Source: Salpingoeca rosetta
Taxonomy: Eukaryota > Protista > Choanoflagellata
Assembly: GCA_033442325.1 (NCBI GenBank)
Contig: JAWQFM010000008.1
Span: 1,248,123-1,312,122, forward strand
Length of the DNA: 64,000 bases
Reading direction: 5' to 3'
Shown here: positions 1 to 14,411 of the stretch, piece after piece
Numbering within the stretch: position 1 is the first letter of the stretch
Layout of the letters: each line of letters starts with the position of its first letter
Translations under genes and position numbers: made by a program
Notes under the pieces: generated by a model
Told to the model about the DNA's origin: nothing
What the model saw: the letters and a program-made list of their open reading frames with translations, nothing else
Database searches by the model: none

Positions 1-6
1 TTTCAG

Positions 7-731
7 GCGCTGGACACCGTGGTGGACGCCGTGATGAGCGGCGATGGGACCACCCTTGTCACCACCAACGAGGATGCGTATGCCGTGTGGGACACGTCCA
101 CCGGCAAGCTGCTGTGCGGGGAGGAGGGCCTGGTCAATGTGGCTGCTGTTGCTGTCTCGCGGGACGGCCGCACCGCCGCTGTTGCCAAGGCCTCTGGTGG
201 CGTTGTGTTGGTGGACACGGCCAAGGCAAGCACCACCACCTTCCCCGTGAAGACGGAGCAGGTGGTTGTTGCCGTTGCGCTGCAGGGCCGCTCGCGCCTC
301 GCCGTGTCGCTGGACGACAGTACCGTCATTGTGTACGACATTGGCAGCAAGAAGCAGGTGCTCTCCTACACACACCCGGGCCAAGTCGAGAGCGTGGCGC
401 TGTCGGCCAACGGGTGGTGTGCGAGTGCCTCTGGCGGTGACAAGTCAGACCGTCGCATTCACCTGCACGATGTTGGGTTTGGCAAGCGGCAGCTGCTGGT
501 TGGCCACGCTGCGGACGTGAACAGCGTGGCGTTCCACCCGTCCCTGGGCGAGTGTGTCGTGAGCGCGAGTCATGACGGCACGGTGCGGCTTTGGCGCAGC
601 CAGGATGATCTCGCTGCTCTTCCCAATCGACACATCCACGACGACGCCGTTGACTTTGTGCGCACCAGTCCGCACTTTGCAGTCAGGTCGGCCCGCTGTT
701 TCAGTTGCTTGGGGATGTGTTTTCGTGTGTG

Positions 732-766
<35 letters not shown>

Positions 767-2239
767 TTGTGTGTGTGTGTCGTGTGTGTGTATGTTTGTG
801 TGTGTGTGTCGTGTGTGTGTATGTTGTGTGTGTGTGTGTGTGTGTGTGTGTCGTGTGTGTGTGCGTAATTTGTGCGGCCCAATATTCGCGTGAGTGTTGT
901 GTGCGGTTGCATGTGTGTTGTTGTTGTTGTTCTCTTGCCACCACGCCCTCACACCCCCACACCACAACCATCAACACCCCCACACCACACCCATCAACAC
1001 CACTCATCCCACCCCGCCCACAGCGCGAGTGCGACGTACGCGACGCTGCACTTCTGGTCGCACGACGGGGAGTGGCAGCGGAGTGTGTGCCTCAAGGGCC
1101 GCAGCGATGAGGTTGACGCCAGCTGCTACCTCACGGGCCGCGTCGCCGTGTCCGACGATGGCGAGTATGTCGTCAGCACGCTGGCAGACCACAGCGTGTG
1201 CTGCTACGCGTGGAGCAGCGAGAAGCTGGAGATGTGCAGCGTGCCCAACGCAACGCAGGCGCAGTTTGTCAACAACGGCAAGACAACGACGGTTGCTGTT
1301 GCCTCGAAAAACGCGCTTGTTCTCATTGACGCCGCGAGCGCCGAGGTGAAGAAGCGGCTTGAGCTGGGCGATGCCCCCATACGGGCGCTGGCGGGGCTTG
1401 CCTCGGACAAGTACATGGTGGCCGCCTTTGACGAGCGGCTGCTTGCCATTGACACGGAGAAGGGCCAAATACTGCGCCAGTTCTCGCGCGAAGCGGCCGG
1501 CAGCGAGCTGCTGCTGTTGCAGGTGCTGAAGCGCAACGGCACGCCGTGGGTGCTGTCGTACGAGGAAGGCACGCCCTCTGTCATCCTGCGCTCGCTGCTG
1601 TCTGCGGACGAGGAGTTGGCGCTGGAGAGCAACAACACGAGCTGCGCGTGTGTCTCTGCGGACGGGCGGCTGGTGACCATTTGCAGCAACGCGGGGGACG
1701 TGGAGGTGTATGACGTCGAGGCTGGCGGGCTTGTTCTTCAGGAGAACGGCGCGCACGGCAACGCTGTGGAGCAGTGCGTGTTTTCCGCTGACGGGCGGTG
1801 GCTGCTGACGGCGGGCCAGGACACGCTGGTCAAGTGCTGGGACGTCAAGGCCGGGTTTGTGCTCACGGGCACGGAGCAGTGCGCCTCCCCTGTATCATCG
1901 CTGGCAGTGACGCAGGGTGGGCGCGGGGCCGTTGTTGGCCTGCGCAGCGGCGTTGTTGGGCACCTGAGCCTTGTCTCTGCGACGCAGAGCCCGCGGGCGG
2001 ACGTTGCGTATGGGGAGTCTTTGCTGTACAACCTGGTGACGACGGTGGAGAGGAGCACGCGGTCCAAGGCCAAGGCCAAGTCGAAGCCGCGGCGGTCGGA
2101 GTCCCCGTCGTATTCCGGCAGCAACGCCAGCAGCGCCACCAACACCAGTGCACGTGTTGGGCGCGAGGCGACCCGCACCGGTCGTGGTGGTCGTGGTGGT
2201 GGTGGTAACCACGACAAGAAATGCTGCACCTTGCTCTAA
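7..2239 (+). CDS. WD40-repeat protein, 3' part; C-terminal CaaX motif (KKCCTLL)
   Basis: Exon 7-686 follows acceptor tttcAG; GT-AG intron 687-1023; exon 1024-2239. The splice gives in-frame HFAV-S-ASATYATLHFW. WD repeats GHAADVNSVAFHP...VSASHDGTVRLW and AHGNAVEQCVFSADGRWLLTAGQDTLVKCWD. Upstream exons lie outside the window. Confidence 0.9.
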
Positions 2240-2344
2240 GTTGTTACATAGTTACAGTTTGCACGTGACGCTGAGCAACTTGGACGGTGCTGTGTTGTGT
2301 GGGTGCTGTCATTCGTTGTGTTAGCTTTTGTCGAGAGACTCTGT

Positions 2345-2800
2345 GTGCGTGAGTTGTGCTCGTGTGTTTGTGTGGGTGTGCTTGTGTGTTTGTGTGTTTG
2401 TGCTTGTGTGATTGTGTGGGTGTGCTTGTGTGATTGTGAGCGTTCCTACGCCAGGTGGCCGCTACTGCGGGTAGAAAAGAAGGAATCACTTTACTGACTT
2501 TACTGCTTACCCCACCGACCCACACATAGGCTGAGGCTCTTACAGAGTGACGGGAGTAGGAAATTTCCTACTCCCGCCCTGTGTGTTAACGACACCTATT
2601 GACGTAACGGCGAGTCGGGTTCGTAAGTGGGTAACGCGTACGGTTCGTGAAAACAAGTCGGCCCTTGAACCCGAAAGCGCAGTTTCTTATCTGCCGTGAC
2701 GCTAGCACATGGATGGAGGTGTTTGTGTGGGGCGATCATCTCTTGGTCTCCCTTCCACACGCTTCTGTTCGTAGGTATGGGGGTGTGTGTGGGGTGGGGT

Positions 2801-2859
<59 letters not shown>

Positions 2860-3032
2860 CGGTGGGGTAAGCAGTAAAGTCAGTAAAGTGATTCCTTCTT
2901 TTCTACCCGCAGTAGCGGCCACCTGGCGTAGGAACGCTCACAATCACACAAGCACACCCACACAATCACACAAGCACAAACACACAAACACACAAGCACA
3001 CCCACACAAACACACGAGCACAACTCACGCAC
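2345..3032. repeat. Perfect 182-bp inverted repeat (arms 2345-2526 and 2851-3032) around a 324-bp spacer; possible MITE/foldback element or inverted duplication
   Basis: The arms are reverse complements by eye, including the non-repetitive core gagcgttcctacgccaggtggccgctactgcgggtagaaaagaaggaatcactttactgac. The ORF track shows the same peptides on opposite strands. No convincing TSD. Confidence 0.9.
2551..2576. other. Perfect 26-bp palindrome CGGGAGTAGGAAA|TTTCCTACTCCCG inside the inverted-repeat spacer
   Basis: Read directly from the sequence. Confidence 0.9.
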
Positions 3033-3253
3033 GTTCTCATCGGGCAACCGTATTCGAGGGTGTTCTTTCGCGAATTTTCTACATTGCACAACACCAGCAG
3101 ATTGCAAGCGTCGCACAACAGCAAGCAAGCAAGCAAATCAGACAGAAGCAAGAAGAAAGAAAAGCAGTGTGAGTGAAGAGTTTCTTGTGGACTGGATGTG
3201 AATGAGAGGACAGCTGCAGCACACACAGCTCTCTGACAAGGCAAGTTCTTGTG

Positions 3254-3290
<37 letters not shown>

Positions 3291-3901
3291 GTCGGCGGAT
3301 CGAGCGATCAAGCGATCTAGTGATCTGTCCATTTGTCCATCTGTCGATCAGTTTTGTTGCTTTGTGCGCTCAGTCAGTGGATTGTGCGTGCTGTGTTCGA
3401 TTGGTGTTTGTTGCTTTCCATTTGTGCCTCGTTGGTTGAGTGAGCGTGCTGGTTCGGGGTTTCAGGCACTTGGTGTTGTTGTGATTCCATTTGCTCTTGT
3501 TGTTCCTTTTCCACCCTTCCTACGCTTCCTACCCTGCCTTCCTGCTTTGTGTTGTTCGTTTCTCTTCCTTCTCCAATTCCTCCAACCTTATTCCGAACCA
3601 CATGCAGGTCTTTGTTCTCCCTTGTTCCTCGCCTTGCCGCTTCTGCTTCTTCTCACTGTCAGACTGGCGTCTCACTGCTATCCTTACACAGGCCAACTTC
3701 CGCAACAGCGACAGCAACAACAAAAGCAACAAAAGCTGAAACAGTGCAGTACCTTCTTCTGCTACTTTGTGAACCGCTCTTCAAAGCCGGTTTGTGCCTC
3801 GCGTGCGCACACCCGCACACGCACATCTGCACACACACACACACACATCCGCACACGCACACCCGTGTTCAGCTGCGCAGGAGACCAGCTCAAGGGGCAA
3901 G

Positions 3902-5683
3902 ATGCAGTTATTCATTGCAGCGTTCAACCTGAGCGCTGCGCTGCTGGCCTCGATTGCCTTTCACATGAACACGTGGAACACGGCCCTGTCTGTCGTGATG
4001 GCGCTCGTGTTCTCCGAGATTGTGAGCCAGAATGCCCAGTTCTACGCGCGCCTGCTGTTCCACAGCATGCTCTACGTCTTCTTCAGGGAGATTGACACGC
4101 GCAACGCCCACTGCATCCCAAAGTCAGGGCCCGTCGTCTTCGTGTGCGGCCCGCACGCGAGCCAGTTTGTGGACCCCATCCTGATCATCACCCACACGCC
4201 GCGCGACCTGCGTTTCCTCATTGCCGCCAAGAGCGTCAAGCGCTGGTTCGTCGGCTTCATGGCCCGCCTCATCAACAGCATCCCCGTGCAGCGACCGCAG
4301 GACGCAGCCGTGCGCGGCAAGGGCACGGTCACGGGCTCCTCCACCCTGATTGTCGGCCACGGCACGACGTTCACCAAGGACTTTCAGGTCACCGACAGCA
4401 TTTTCGTTGCCGGCGAGGCATACCGCATCGAGAAGATTGTGTCCGACACGCGCCTCGTCCTCAAGCGCCCGCTGACACGTGCGCTGCCCGTGCGCGCCAA
4501 GTTCAAGATCTTCCCGCGCATCGACCACTCTGTTGCGTACCAGCTGGTGTACCAGGCATTCCACAACAACGAGTGCGTGGCCATCTTCCCCGAGGGCGGG
4601 TCGCACGACCGACCGGAGCTGCTGCCGCTCAAAGCCGGCGCGGCCGTCATGGCGCTCGGGGCAATGGCAGACAACTGCAAGCCCATCAAGGTCGTGCCCG
4701 TGGGGCTCAACTACTTCCACGGCCACCGCTTCCGCTCGCGCGCGCTGGTTGACTTTGGGCGGCCGATTGAGGTTGAGCCGCACCTGGTGGAGGAGTACAA
4801 GGCCGGTGGGGAGCGGCGACGCACCGCCATTGCCACGCTCATGTCGACCATCACGGAGGCCCTCAACTCGGTGACCATCACCGCGCCAGACTACGACGAG
4901 CTGCGGCTGCTGTGGGCGATCCGCCGCCTGTACAAGCCGGAGCACGTGGTGCTCACGCTGGAGCAGACGCAGCAGCTTACGCTTCGCTTTGCGGACCTGA
5001 AGGAGGTGATGGGGGAGGAGCCACGCTTCATGCGGCTGCTGGAGCGCGTGTCTGCGTACAACAAGCAGCTGGAAAGCTACGGTCTGCGCGATCACCAGGT
5101 CAAGCGCACCGTCCTCAAGACAGAGACAGTCATCTCCATGCTCTTGTGGCGTGCGGTGTTGTTTGTGGTGGAGCTGCTTGCCCTGCTCCCTTTTATGGTG
5201 CTTGGCCTGCCCATCCTGTTTGCGTGCCGCCTCGTCTCGGAGAGCAAGGCCCGCGCTGCGGTGGCGGGCTCGAGCGTGAAGCTTGTTGGCCGCGACGTCA
5301 AGGCAACGTGGAAGATCCTCACAGCAACAGCCATCATCCCCATCTACTTTATCCTCTACATTGTGCTTGCGGGCGTGCTGTTCTCGTGGCGTGCGGCACT
5401 GGGCACGTTTGTGTGCCTGCCCATGCTCATGCTGGTGAGCCTGCGCATATGGGACCACTTTCTGCGCGTGTCCCGCTCGTTCTCGCCACTGCTTGTCGCC
5501 GTGTTCCACCGCAACGCTGGCCGGCAGCTGCTGCAGACGCGGCGCGAGCTCAAGCACGAGATTCGTGAGGTTGTGCGCGAGTGCGCCGACAAGTTGCGCC
5601 GGCCACGCATGTTCACGGAGGCCGACTTTGCTGGCGAGAGCGACACGGATGAAGGCGAGGAGCCCTGTGAATCATCCGGATAA
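3902..5683 (+). CDS. Glycerol-3-phosphate/DHAP O-acyltransferase, fungal Gpt2/Sct1 type (PlsC superfamily)
   Basis: Uninterrupted ORF from MQLFIAAF. Acyltransferase motif I PHASQFVDP (HX4D), motif III IFPEGGSHDRPELLPLKAG, and VPVGLNYFHGHRFRSR, GRDVKATWK; several TM segments. A short upstream exon cannot be excluded. Confidence 0.9.
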   Translation: MQLFIAAFNLSAALLASIAFHMNTWNTALSVVMALVFSEIVSQNAQFYARLLFHSMLYVFFREIDTRNAHCIPKSGPVVFVCGPHASQFVDPILIITHTPRDLRFLIAAKSVKRWFVGFMARLINSIPVQRPQDAAVRGKGTVTGSSTLIVGHGTTFTKDFQVTDSIFVAGEAYRIEKIVSDTRLVLKRPLTRALPVRAKFKIFPRIDHSVAYQLVYQAFHNNECVAIFPEGGSHDRPELLPLKAGAAVMALGAMADNCKPIKVVPVGLNYFHGHRFRSRALVDFGRPIEVEPHLVEEYKAGGERRRTAIATLMSTITEALNSVTITAPDYDELRLLWAIRRLYKPEHVVLTLEQTQQLTLRFADLKEVMGEEPRFMRLLERVSAYNKQLESYGLRDHQVKRTVLKTETVISMLLWRAVLFVVELLALLPFMVLGLPILFACRLVSESKARAAVAGSSVKLVGRDVKATWKILTATAIIPIYFILYIVLAGVLFSWRAALGTFVCLPMLMLVSLRIWDHFLRVSRSFSPLLVAVFHRNAGRQLLQTRRELKHEIREVVRECADKLRRPRMFTEADFAGESDTDEGEEPCESSG

Positions 5684-6042
5684 TCGTGTGGTGTGTAATG
5701 GTGTGTGCGTGTGTGTGTTTGTTTGTGTGGTGTGTAATCGCTCGCGCGCGCGTGTGTGTTTGGCACCAATCAAGCACCTGTACATTTCTCCTTTTCTTCT
5801 TCTCTTCATGCTGTTCTGGTGTGTCTTGGTAGAACTGCGTATGTCTGTCCGTCCAATGTGGCGTAACCAGAGCATCGTGCTCGAATGTGAATGTGTGTAT
5901 GTGTTGATGATGATGACGATGACATTCCTTTTTTTTTTTTCAGACGAAGTAACAAACTTGCGCTTTTCCTGTGCTTTGTCATTTGTGGTCAAGTACACGC
6001 AAAGCAAACAACCAAATGGACGCAAGGCCAACACACTGTTAA

Positions 6043-9155
<3,113 letters not shown>

Positions 9156-9489
9156 CAAGAAACGTATCAATTTTTGGTGTCGGGAGCCGCTCGTGTGCGG
9201 TCGATTCGTCCGTTTGCTGCTGTTGTGCTGCTGTCCGCACATACAACAATCATCATCACTTTCACTGCTCCTTCCTCCCAGTTCCTTGAGTGCTTCTTGC
9301 CACAGTGCCACGAGGAGGAAGCAGCACCAGGCACAGTGTAACAGCAAGCAGACTGGAAGCAAGCGAGGAAACAACAACAGTTCTCCAGTTGCTTGTTCCG
9401 GAGCTGCGATCTTTGTTGTCGCGAGGTTTCGCTTTCGCACGCCGCTGCAAAGGATCCAGCACGGCATCGTCGACAAGGACAATAGGACC

Positions 9490-12400
9490 ATGGCGTGCCT
9501 GCAGGCATTTCAGATTGCGGTGTGCGTATTGATTGTCGCCCTTGGCACTCCACAAGTTCACAGGGTGACTGCAGAGACCACAGTGACGGGTGTCCTGACG
9601 CTGGTGCGATTCCACGCCACATTCGACGACACCGCCACCTACCCAACCAATGGAGGGGATGATAATTGGATCAACCCGACAGTCGCACTCCTCGTCGGCG
9701 AGCAGCCCGCTGACCGCCACAGACTCAACCAAGCAGTCGACGAATCTTCCCCATGGCAGGTCGAAGAGCCATGGGAAAACCCTATCCACTGGCCACGTGC
9801 ATGGGAATACTTGGGGGGTGATCCTGTTGTGACACTCGACGCCGATCAAGCGGTCACCATCCAGTTTGGCACGTGGCGGTTTCCGCCCAGCACGACGTCT
9901 CTCATCCCTTACGTCGAGGACACGTTCTCCCCACTCAACTGCACCTTCAACCAGGCCAACATCACCTTCAGCTGCACCGCACACGGCAAGCCCAACGAAC
10001 CAACCGACGCACAGTTCCCGGCCGTCTTCACCTACACCTACACCTACACCTGCGACGCCACCACTAGCTGCGGTGACTACGCCACCTGCAACACGACATC
10101 GGGCCAGTGCGTGTGCGACGAGGGCGCTGCATCGCCCGCAGGCCACATGTTTGACTGCCAGCCGCTGTGCCCTGAGGGCGCGTGCGTGGGCGAGAACGCA
10201 TACTGCGACCCAAGCGAGTCCGTCATCGGTGACCCCGCATGCAAATGCAACACTACCGTGAACCCAAGGCTGATATACGAGAGCGGTGTTGGATGCGTAC
10301 ATCATTGCTCGCTGGGAGGTGATTATTGTGCTGACCCTGACACAGAGTGCATTGGCAGTGCATGCAAATGCAAGGAGAACCTGTATCTCGACATGGGTAC
10401 GTGTGTGGCGAAGAAGAGCTGCCCTGCAGGAGAGTTTGCGACGGACCTTGGAGACGCGACCAACGACCGCGAGTGCGACGCATGTCCTCCTGGGTTCTAC
10501 TGCCCCGGCAGCGGCGACGACCCTGGCCCAGCCTTTGCGTTTGTGTGCGAGGGACCGCAGTACTTTGGTGCGCGGGAGGGCCAGAGCGAGTGCAACACCA
10601 CGCAACCAGGCTACTTCAGCACCAGCTCATCCGAGTTTGTGCGGATTGACGTGTACACCGCAAGCGCCTCGCCGACGCCGTACGCAGGCACAGCCAGGTT
10701 CTCGACCATCGACCTGTACGTAAAGGAGCAGGAGTGCCCGGCTGGCATTGTGTGCCAGAACGGCGAGCGGACACCGTGTGTCCCCGGCACGACATTCCAG
10801 GATGAGCCTGGGCAGACCATGTGCCAGCCGTGCTCCACGTGTGACCTTGGGTTTGAGGTGGACAACGCGTGCGAAGTGACTCGCGACACCGAGTGCAAGG
10901 AAATCGACGAGTGCGCGAGAGGCACCGACAACTGCGACATCAACGCAGTTTGCAGCAACACCGTGGGCTCCTTCGAGTGCACTGCAACGAAGGGTTTGAG
11001 GGCAACGGCACGGTGTGTGTGAACATCGACGAGTGTGCTCGTGGCACACACGTGTGCCACCCCAACGCAATCTGCATTGACACCATTGGCAGCTACACGT
11101 GCGAGTGCAAGCCCGGGTTTGTTGGGGACGGTGTTGGGGAGTGCGTTGATGTACCACCGTCTGTGCAGCTGCTGGGTGCGGCGAGCAGCAGCATTGTGTT
11201 TGAGGATGGGGTGGTGTATGTTGATGCGGGCGCGGCTGTGAACGACAGCAATGTGCCTGTGCCGTACTATGTGTCTGGGTGGGGTGCGCTGAGGGAGGCG
11301 CTGGGGCAGGGGATGTGTGTGACTGGGTCTCCTGTGCTGGAGTACTTTGTGCGGGACGGGGAGGACACGCGGAAGACGCGCAGCGTGGGTGTTGTGTATG
11401 GGGCGCCTGCTGTGTCGCTTGTGCGCGGGGAGCGTGTGACGGCGCTGCAGCTGGTGCAGGGCGCGACGAGCGAGTGCTACGAAGCGACAGACCCGTCGCG
11501 CGTGCGTGTTGTGGATGCGTTTGGGGATGAGGTGAGTGTGACGACGTCGTTTACGGCGCAGCCGCAGCCGTTCCTGTGCGACTCGCTCAGCTCCACCACG
11601 TCGTTCCGGCAGCGTGTTGACTATGTGGGGAGCGCGTGTGGCGTGAATGGCAAGGTTGAGCTTGAGTTTGCGTGGTTTGACACGTGGGCGCCGAAGGTGT
11701 GGGTTGGGGCAGGGCCGAGCGAGGTTGCTGTTCAAGTGGACACGGCCAGGACGTTTTCTGGCACTGGGGCGCTGTGCTCTGCGAGCGCGCATGACTTTGG
11801 CACTCCCAACGTCACGGTTCGTCTTGCGTGTTTGTGGATGCTTGTGGATGCTTGTGTGTGTTTGTGTGTGTGTGTGTATGTGTGTGTGTGTGCACGTGTG
11901 TGTGTGCACGTGTGCGTGTGCGTGGCTCGATGTGCGTGTGTGTTTGTGTGTATGTGTGTATGTGTTGCGTGCTGCGATCTGATGACTTTGGTGTGAATCT
12001 GGTTGCCACGATGAATTTGCATACTTGTGGTTGTACTTGTCGCTTGTGCTCACACCTGATGTGGTTACTCTGTTGCCATCACTGCATGCTTGCACCCACG
12101 CACGTATATTCTGTGCATGCATGCACGCACTGGGTGTGCAGGTTGAGAGCACGTGGGGAGCGAGCGGAGCAGTGGACCCGAGCGTGATTGGGGAGCACCA
12201 GCGATGGTCGTGGGCACGGGACGACGAGGGCCTTGTGTCGCGCAACGTGTCGTGCCGAGTGCGTGTGCTGGACACGATGGCGCCTGTGCTGCGTGTGCCG
12301 AACATCACGGCTGGCGCGGAGCGGGTGTTGGTTGTTGAACAGTCAGCGACGACGCTTGCGTTTGCGGATGCGGTGGTTGAGGACGCGCACGACGGCACGC

Positions 12401-14411
12401 AGGTGGTTGGAGCAACGCCGAGCAGCGTGTCGCTGGGCGCGGTGGGCACGCACGTGGTGCGGTATGAGGCGACGGACGACAGCGGGAATGGGGTTGGCGG
12501 CGGGGAGGCGCATGCGGTGCGGGTGGTTGTGCGTGAGCAAGCGAGCGAGGTGGCGGGTCGACGCGAGCCTGATGTTGTTGTTGGGGATGATGACGGCAAC
12601 GGGGACAGTGTGAGTGTGGAGGAGACGTTCACAGCAAGCCTCAGCCTCAGCAACAGCAACAGCAACAGCGACAGCAATGCTGGACGCCGGACTGAGGGGG
12701 ATGCGTGGGTTGTTGATGAGGGGCGAGCGTCGTTTGTGCCTGGGACGCATGTTGAGGTTGAGGTTGGCGGGGATGACGGAGAGAGCGTGGTGCAGCATGT
12801 GCGGCGCGTGGTGTATCCGAGCAGCGCTGAGGTGACGATGATCTTGTACGATGATGGGATTGGCGGGACGCGGGAGGAGACGGAGACGCTGATCCGGGCT
12901 GCGTTTGACGATGTTGCGCGGCCGTGCGGGCGGGTGTATGTGCTTGACATTGACTTTGTTGGCAATGTGGTTGAGCTGGTGTGCGTTGACGGGAGCGGGG
13001 CCCTCGTGCGCCTCAGCAAGGACGACGTCCCCGCTGCCCAAAGGAACCTGTTTACGGTTGTGCAAACTGGCTCGGACGACAGGCCAGGAACTGGGGGCGG
13101 CAGCAGTGGCAACAGCTCTGGATCGACACACGTGCTGATTGGAGTGTTTGTGGCGGTGATTGGGCTTCTGATTGCCGTGATCATTCTGTTGCATCGTCGA
13201 CGAAGATCGAAACAGTCCAACTCTGTGCAGGTGTGCGCACATGTGAATGAATGATTGCGTTGGTATGTGTACTCGCCCGATTGCCTGGCTGTTCTGCATG
13301 CTTGTTGGTCCGTGCATGTGCGTTTGAGTGCTGGTTGCTGACGCTGTCATTGCCTGCATGTGTTGCGCCACAAAAGGAGGTCCAAGCGCCAGACAATGGC
13401 ATCGTCGCTACAGGACCAGGTGCGTTCGAGACGTCGAGGTGTTGAAGTGTCAAGTCATATCGCTTCACCAATGCCAGCTATGGGTTGAGCTTGGCGCATA
13501 CTTGCTGTGCATGATTGCTTGCATGCACAGGATCATCTCTAGACTTCTAGACTACTTCCCATCGCTTTGGTCAGTTGCTTCACAAGCACATTGTTCCGTC
13601 ACCCCACTGTGATTGCATTGTCTTTTTGGCAGACCTGCACATGCACAGGTGGAACCCTGTGTTCTACGACACGGTGGGGGTGGTGCACGGCGACGATGCT
13701 GGTGGTGTTGAGCAGGTGACAGCGCCGCACGTGTATGAGAGCATTGAAGACGGCGATCCGGAATCAATTCAGGCAACTTTGCGCGCGCTGGACTTTGAGG
13801 AGCCGCCAGCACGACCAGAGCCCGCGCATCTCAGCAACCGCCAACAACAACAACAACAACAACAGCAGCAGCAGCAGCAGCAGCAGCAACAGCGCGGAGG
13901 TGGTGGCAGCACACGAACCCAGAGTGTGAAACTGCGCACGAAGGATGCGTTGTGGCGAAGGCAAAGGCAAGAGCGGGAGCGGCGATGCCACAGCGCAGGG
14001 GTCACACATGGTGGCATGATTGGTTCAGTGCTGCACGGCGCACCTTCAACACTCAGCGCCGCCACGATGAGACCGCGCGCACAGACGAGAACAACACCAA
14101 GCGAGGCACCAGCAGCACCAACACAAAGCGAGGCAGCTGCAACAGTATCAGCAGCAGCAGCAGCAGGGCGGACCGTCCACAGAACGCGCGCACCAAAGCG
14201 GCTGGCAGCGCGACAGTCGCTTCGTCTGGCGTCGGATGCAAACCTGATGGCGGAATCAAGCTCCGACCCAACGCCTGTTCACACGTGGTCAGTGAACAGC
14301 TACGACCACACCACCACGCCCACCTCGGCAGCTCGGCGTGAAGCAAGGCGGGATGCCAACAGGCGTGCATCGCAATACGACATTGTGGAAGGCGTGACAC
14401 CGCGCCAGTGA
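9490..14411 (+). CDS. Single-pass receptor-like protein: signal peptide, EGF, TNFR/ephrin-receptor-like Cys repeats, two Ca-binding EGF, Ig-like/HYR-like domains, TM, Tyr-motif tail; 1-nt frameshift at ~10982
   Basis: Signal peptide MACLQAFQIAVCVLIVALG; cbEGF EIDECARGTDNCDINAVCSNTVGSFEC and NIDECARGTHVCHPNAICIDTIGSYTCECKPGF; HYR-like DTMAPVL...VGTHVVRYEATDDSGN; TM VLIGVFVAVIGLLIAVIILL followed by HRRRR. Exons ~9490-11816, 12141-13230, 13377-13419, 13633-14411. Confidence 0.8.

Noticed and set aside
2605-2650. GGTTCG motifs resembling a tRNA T-loop/B-box
   Set aside because: No cloverleaf or full GTTCRANYC consensus could be built
2640-2780. Faint U1 snRNA-like words on the minus strand (ATACCTAC..., GGGAGACC..GATGATC)
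   Set aside because: Lacks the invariant ACUUACCUG 5' end, the U1A loop and an Sm site
10611-13220. 869-aa minus-strand ORF
   Set aside because: Antisense shadow of the receptor exons and intron; no domain features
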